From an uncultured Gammaproteobacteria bacterium (GTDB lineage: Bacteria > Patescibacteriota > Patescibacteriia > HK-STAS-PATE-3), in NCBI GenBank assembly GCA_964637345.1, contig CAZWTD010000004.1, positions 1 to 63,055 of the forward strand: DNA of 63,055 nt, written 5' to 3'. Position numbers and translations under genes: made by a program. The notes under the pieces were generated by a model. It made no database searches and had not been told where the DNA came from. It saw nothing but the letters and a program-made list of their open reading frames with translations. Positions 59,784 through 63,055 of this stretch are shown here, one piece after another (the first letter of the stretch is position 1; each line of letters opens with the position of its first letter).

Positions 59784-60124
59784 CTCGCCCTCCATCGCTT
59801 GATAATCCAGCCGACCGGGTGCGCCTGAAAAAAAACTTGGCGATCTTGTTCCGCTTCCTCGAGTGTCCCCTCGCTAGCGCAGATGAGCCCGAACACGAGG
59901 GGAAGCACGCCGACGAAGAAAAACACGACCGGAAGGAGTAGGCGAAGGGGCAAGCACAAAAACAGAGGGGAAAGCCCGGGACCGCCGAGGAGGCCGACCC
60001 AGAGCATCGAGTAGAAGAAGACTGTTTCGAAGAGTAGGGTCCGATCGACAAGGCGACGGGCATAGACCGTCCAGCGCCAAGCCAAATGCTCGATGTTGCC
60101 ACGGGCAGAAGAAGGCATTCGCAT
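59777..60124 (-). CDS. Membrane hypothetical protein
   Basis: GGAGGTGG SD before ATG 60124, with two TM helices. Confidence 0.6.
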   Translation of the reverse strand: MRMPSSARGNIEHLAWRWTVYARRLVDRTLLFETVFFYSMLWVGLLGGPGLSPLFLCLPLRLLLPVVFFFVGVLPLVFGLICASEGTLEEAEQDRQVFFQAHPVGWIIKRWRARC

Positions 60125-60236
60125 AGCACCACCTCCATTGGGAATGTGCGACTGTCCCCACCCTGACGGATGAAGGGTCAAGATGTCAACATCTTGGTTG
60201 TGCGAGCTGAACCCGCTATACTGGGCCTGACGCTCT

Positions 60237-60692
60237 ATGCCTACCCTCGCGACCAACGACGCCGCTGGATTCCACTACGAACTTCTCGACCGTTACGAAA
60301 CAGGAATCCAATTAACCGGACCAGAAGTTCGGTCGGCGAAGCGTGGGGAAATTTCTCTCAAAGGGAGCTACGTCACGATCGACCCGAAAGGCGCCTGGCT
60401 TATTGGGGTCCGCATCGCTCCCTATAAACCCGCACGAGTCGTCCAAGTAAATTACGACCCAACCCGAAATCGACGACTCCTCCTCTCGAAGCGAGAGCTC
60501 GGAGAGTTGATCGGAAAAAGCTCGGCCCAGGGCTTGACAGTAGTCCCGATTTCATTCTATACTAAAGGCGGTTTCATCAAGCTTGAAATTGCTCTTGCGC
60601 GTGGAAAAAGAAAGTTCGACAAGCGCCAATCGATAAAACGGCGCGACATAGAACGCCGAATCCACCGGGCCATGAAGCAACGCACCTCCTAA
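60237..60692 (+). CDS. smpB: SsrA-binding protein
   Basis: YETGIQLTGPEVRS, RNRRLLL, LARGKRKFDKRQSIK. Confidence 0.96.
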   Translation: MPTLATNDAAGFHYELLDRYETGIQLTGPEVRSAKRGEISLKGSYVTIDPKGAWLIGVRIAPYKPARVVQVNYDPTRNRRLLLSKRELGELIGKSSAQGLTVVPISFYTKGGFIKLEIALARGKRKFDKRQSIKRRDIERRIHRAMKQRTS

Positions 60693-60739
60693 AAAGCTCT
60701 ATTAGACTCCGCCGTTAGGCCCCGCTTCGGGTGCTGACG

Positions 60740-61141
60740 GGGGATGCCTAATAATCGACCGTTCGTTCACAATTATCATCGGCAAGCCGGAAACCCAGGG
60801 TCATCCGCAACGTTCCCTGGAACTGCAAGTGTCAACTCATTTGCGAGCAAGGTGAAGACGCTGGTCGCGCGAGCGTTCCAGCCGATGCAGCTTGCGTCCG
60901 CTGTCGCTTAAAGTCGACAGCCATCTGGGGTGGTTTTCTTCCTGAATAGCCACCTTGGGTGCTATTACCTCAGGATAGGACTTCTCGTTGGCTCGCGAGA
61001 CGTCTGAAGTCATTGAGCCTAGAGTGCATGGGATTTCGTTCGCTTCCCACCTGTGCATTTGAAACTTTGAAGCGAACTCTGCTTGGACACCGTTGATAAT
61101 TGTCCGACGAGACGCGGGTGCAATACCCGCCATCTCCACCA
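60740..61141 (+). ncRNA. ssrA: tmRNA (one-piece)
   Basis: 5' GGGGATG pairs with 3' CATCTCC-A-CCA, including a G3.U wobble. T-arm GCGGG-TGCAATA-CCCGC. Internal tag ORF. Directly follows smpB. Confidence 0.93.
60825..60911 (+). other. tmRNA tag reading frame ASVNSFASKVKTLVARAFQPMQLASAVA*
   Basis: Resume codon GCA after AACT, ending in AVA-TAA. Confidence 0.75.
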
Positions 61142-61279
61142 CGGGTCATCGTTGGCTGCGACCTCCGTGTCTCCGATACTGGATCGGATTCACTTCGGTC
61201 TTCGTCAACGCGCCCCTTTCCTCGCGAATCGAAGATTCGCGAGGGACCCCGATCGTTTATTCGTCTAACCGCGCTCGAG

Positions 61280-61786
61280 ATTCAAAAACGGCTTCGCGTC
61301 AATCAGTTCATCCGGGTTCCCCAGGTTCGACTGATCGACGAACACAACCAGCAACTCGGCGTCGTGCCAACCTCTGATGCTCTTCGGATTGCGCTTGAGC
61401 GAGGCTACGATCTCGTCGAGGTTGCTCCGAACGCCGCCCCGCCAGTTTGTCGCCTTCTCGACTACGGAGCCTACCAATACCAGCTCGAGAAAACCGAACG
61501 GAAATCGCGCGCGAAGCAAAAGAAAGTCGACGTTAAGGGGGTTCGACTCTCGCTCAAGATCGGAACCCACGATTTTGACCACCGCGTTGAGCAGTCGAAA
61601 AAATTCCTCGGACAAGGCCACAAGGTTCGCGTTGAGCTCATGCTCCGGGGCCGCGAACGCGCCCATTCCCAGCTCGGTGTTGAAATCATGGAAAAGTTTA
61701 TCAAGCAATTGGGCGAAGACGTCGTGATCGACCAGGCGCTCTCCCGCCAAGGCGGAAAATTCTTCATCATCGTTCGAAAAAAGTAA
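61280..61786 (+). CDS. infC: Translation initiation factor IF-3, probable ATT start
   Basis: NQFIRVPQVRLID, DLVEVAPNA.PPVCR, GHKVRV..RGRE. No in-frame ATG between tmRNA and the conserved core. Confidence 0.92.
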   Translation: MQKRLRVNQFIRVPQVRLIDEHNQQLGVVPTSDALRIALERGYDLVEVAPNAAPPVCRLLDYGAYQYQLEKTERKSRAKQKKVDVKGVRLSLKIGTHDFDHRVEQSKKFLGQGHKVRVELMLRGRERAHSQLGVEIMEKFIKQLGEDVVIDQALSRQGGKFFIIVRKK

Positions 61787-61848
61787 GAAGCGAGCCGCGG
61801 ATTCCCGCCGCGCTTCACTCCTGACTCTTTTCTCCACTCCTGAATCTC

Positions 61849-62046
61849 ATGCCGAAGCTCAAGACCCATAAAGCGACTGCCAAGCGCTTCAAAATAACGA
61901 AGAAAGGCAAGATCCTTCGCCGCCAAGCCGGCCAGGATCATTTCAACGCCCGAGAATCCGGCCGAACGACAATGAAGAAGCGACGCGACGTCAGCGTTGC
62001 TGAATCCGACGTTCGCAACATCAAACGCTTAGTCCCCTACCGCTAA
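61849..62046 (+). CDS. rpmI: 50S ribosomal protein L35
   Basis: MPKLKTHKATAKRFKIT. Confidence 0.95.
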   Translation: MPKLKTHKATAKRFKITKKGKILRRQAGQDHFNARESGRTTMKKRRDVSVAESDVRNIKRLVPYR

Positions 62047-62061
62047 TCGAGGAATCCCGCT

Positions 62062-62406
62062 ATGCGAGTCAAACGAGGAACAAGTCACGTCAAGCGCCGC
62101 AACCGTCTGCTCAAACAGACAAAAGGCTACCGTTGGGGACGGAAGTCGAAGATCAAGCTGGCGAAGGTTGCCGTTCTCAAGGCCGGCGCCCACGCCTACC
62201 GAGATCGCCGGAAGAAAAAGCGCGATTTCCGAAGTCTCTGGACACTGCGGATTAACGCGGCTGCTCGAGAGAATGGTCTCACCTACAGCGCACTCATCGC
62301 GAAACTCAAAGCCGCGAAGATCGAGCTCGACCGCAAGAGCCTCGCTGACCTGGCGCAAAACGACCCAGCAGCCTTTGCCGAAGTCGTGAAGCGCGCGACC
62401 GCGTAG
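62062..62406 (+). CDS. rplT: 50S ribosomal protein L20
   Basis: MRVKRG, AYRDRRKKKRDFRSLWTLRINAA, LDRKSLA. Confidence 0.97.
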   Translation: MRVKRGTSHVKRRNRLLKQTKGYRWGRKSKIKLAKVAVLKAGAHAYRDRRKKKRDFRSLWTLRINAAARENGLTYSALIAKLKAAKIELDRKSLADLAQNDPAAFAEVVKRATA

Positions 62407-62446
62407 GCGAGACTTCAGTCTCGCGTTCCAATAAACCATAAAGTAT

Positions 62447-62481
62447 AAAGACGAGGCATCCGTGCCTCGTCTTTTGTTTTT
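62447..62481. terminator. Bidirectional terminator
   Basis: AAAGACGAGGCA/TGCCTCGTCTTT stem. Confidence 0.8.
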
Positions 62482-62488
62482 CAATACC

Positions 62489-62878
62489 TTAAGCGAGATT
62501 GCTTCGCTTTAGCCACCGGCGACGAAGGTCAATCCCGACTACGACACCAAGACAATCGATTACGACGTCCCGTACTGCCCCGACCCTGTCGACCACAAAA
62601 CCTTGGTGAATCTCGTCACTAACTGCATACAAGCCGGCGATGAGAAAGGCGAAAACGTAATCACGTCTCCGAGTATCGTGAGGCCGAAGCGCTCGAAGAA
62701 CAAGGGCTCCGAGGATACCGAACTCGGCCGCATGGGCAATCTTGCGAAGGACAAGGTCAAGGCCTTCAACAAGGCCACTCCTTAATCCGCTCACGGAAGA
62801 CAGGGCAAAAATCAAAGCCATCCAGAGGAGCACGGGGAGCCAAGGGGTGAGCCAGGATTGCTTCTTTATCTTGATCAT
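62489..62878 (-). CDS. VanZ-family membrane protein
   Basis: WLPVLLWMALIFALSS, RKIAHAAEF, SDEIHQGFV.DR, DVVID. ATG at 62878. Confidence 0.88.
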   Translation of the reverse strand: MIKIKKQSWLTPWLPVLLWMALIFALSSVSGLRSGLVEGLDLVLRKIAHAAEFGILGALVLRALRPHDTRRRDYVFAFLIAGLYAVSDEIHQGFVVDRVGAVRDVVIDCLGVVVGIDLRRRWLKRSNLA

Positions 62879-62881
62879 GGA

Positions 62882-63050
62882 AATCCCACAGCGTTGGCGG
62901 GATGACAGGGAGGCGTGTTCCACCTTATGAAAGTCTTGGCGGGCTCGATCCCGCCTTCCGGCGGGACGATCTTCGGAGTTTATCCCGCCGTATGGCGGGA
63001 TGACAGGGAGACGTGTTCCACCCTTCGGGTGGTCAGCCGAAGGCTGAAAC
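62882..63050. repeat. Cluster of ATCCCGCC-n4-GGCGGGA palindromes with a 30-bp direct repeat
   Basis: 62895-62924 versus 62993-63022 match at 29/30 nt, offset 98. Hairpins near 62948 and 62982. Confidence 0.8.
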
Positions 63051-63055
63051 CTGTT

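Noticed and set aside
59349-60124. Paralogy between the two membrane ORFs (shared xAHPxxG)
   Set aside because: The similarity is limited to a few residues and cannot be supported by eye.
62895-63022. CRISPR array or T-box (GGTGGAACACG)
   Set aside because: There are only two copies, the intervening DNA is palindromic rather than a unique spacer, and no cas genes are present. The T-box-like string lacks the full bulge consensus and stem I, and the downstream gene is not amino-acid related.

Overview
This is a mostly GC-rich chromosomal window that uses genetic code 11. It is inferred to come from a Patescibacteria/CPR (Parcubacteria-like) genome, based on the SD-less core genes, membrane-anchored Clp ATPase, UvrD-nuclease fusion, homodimer-type GlyRS and long tmRNA tag; no taxonomic search was run. 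Core genes are gyrB, pheST, the full F1Fo atp operon, rmuC, tatD, cvpA, metG, rsmI, glyQS, tgt, recO, ileS, argS, smpB plus tmRNA (60740-61141), and infC-rpmI-rplT. Two features stand out. (1) An integrase-less integron cassette array follows rmuC (22885-26210). Three cassettes have exactly matched core/inverse-core ends. Their cargo is a HEPN-like RNase, a PIN-like RNase and a reverse-oriented self-promoted lipoprotein, and a 61-aa gene sits inside a hairpin loop of one attC with a GCTATAC duplication. (2) Insertions recur that duplicate and regenerate the functional element they interrupt, with mostly synonymous recoding: the helicase 3' end (1437-bp offset), atpB 3' end (55 bp), metG start (71 bp) and probably a terminator (40501-40706). 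Three of these four involve short palindromic elements. Other items are a 423-bp MITE-like multi-hairpin element, an ATP-grasp ligase, candidate leader peptides and attenuators, and an SD-led accessory versus SD-less core gene dichotomy. All family calls are from motif recognition by eye, not database searches.
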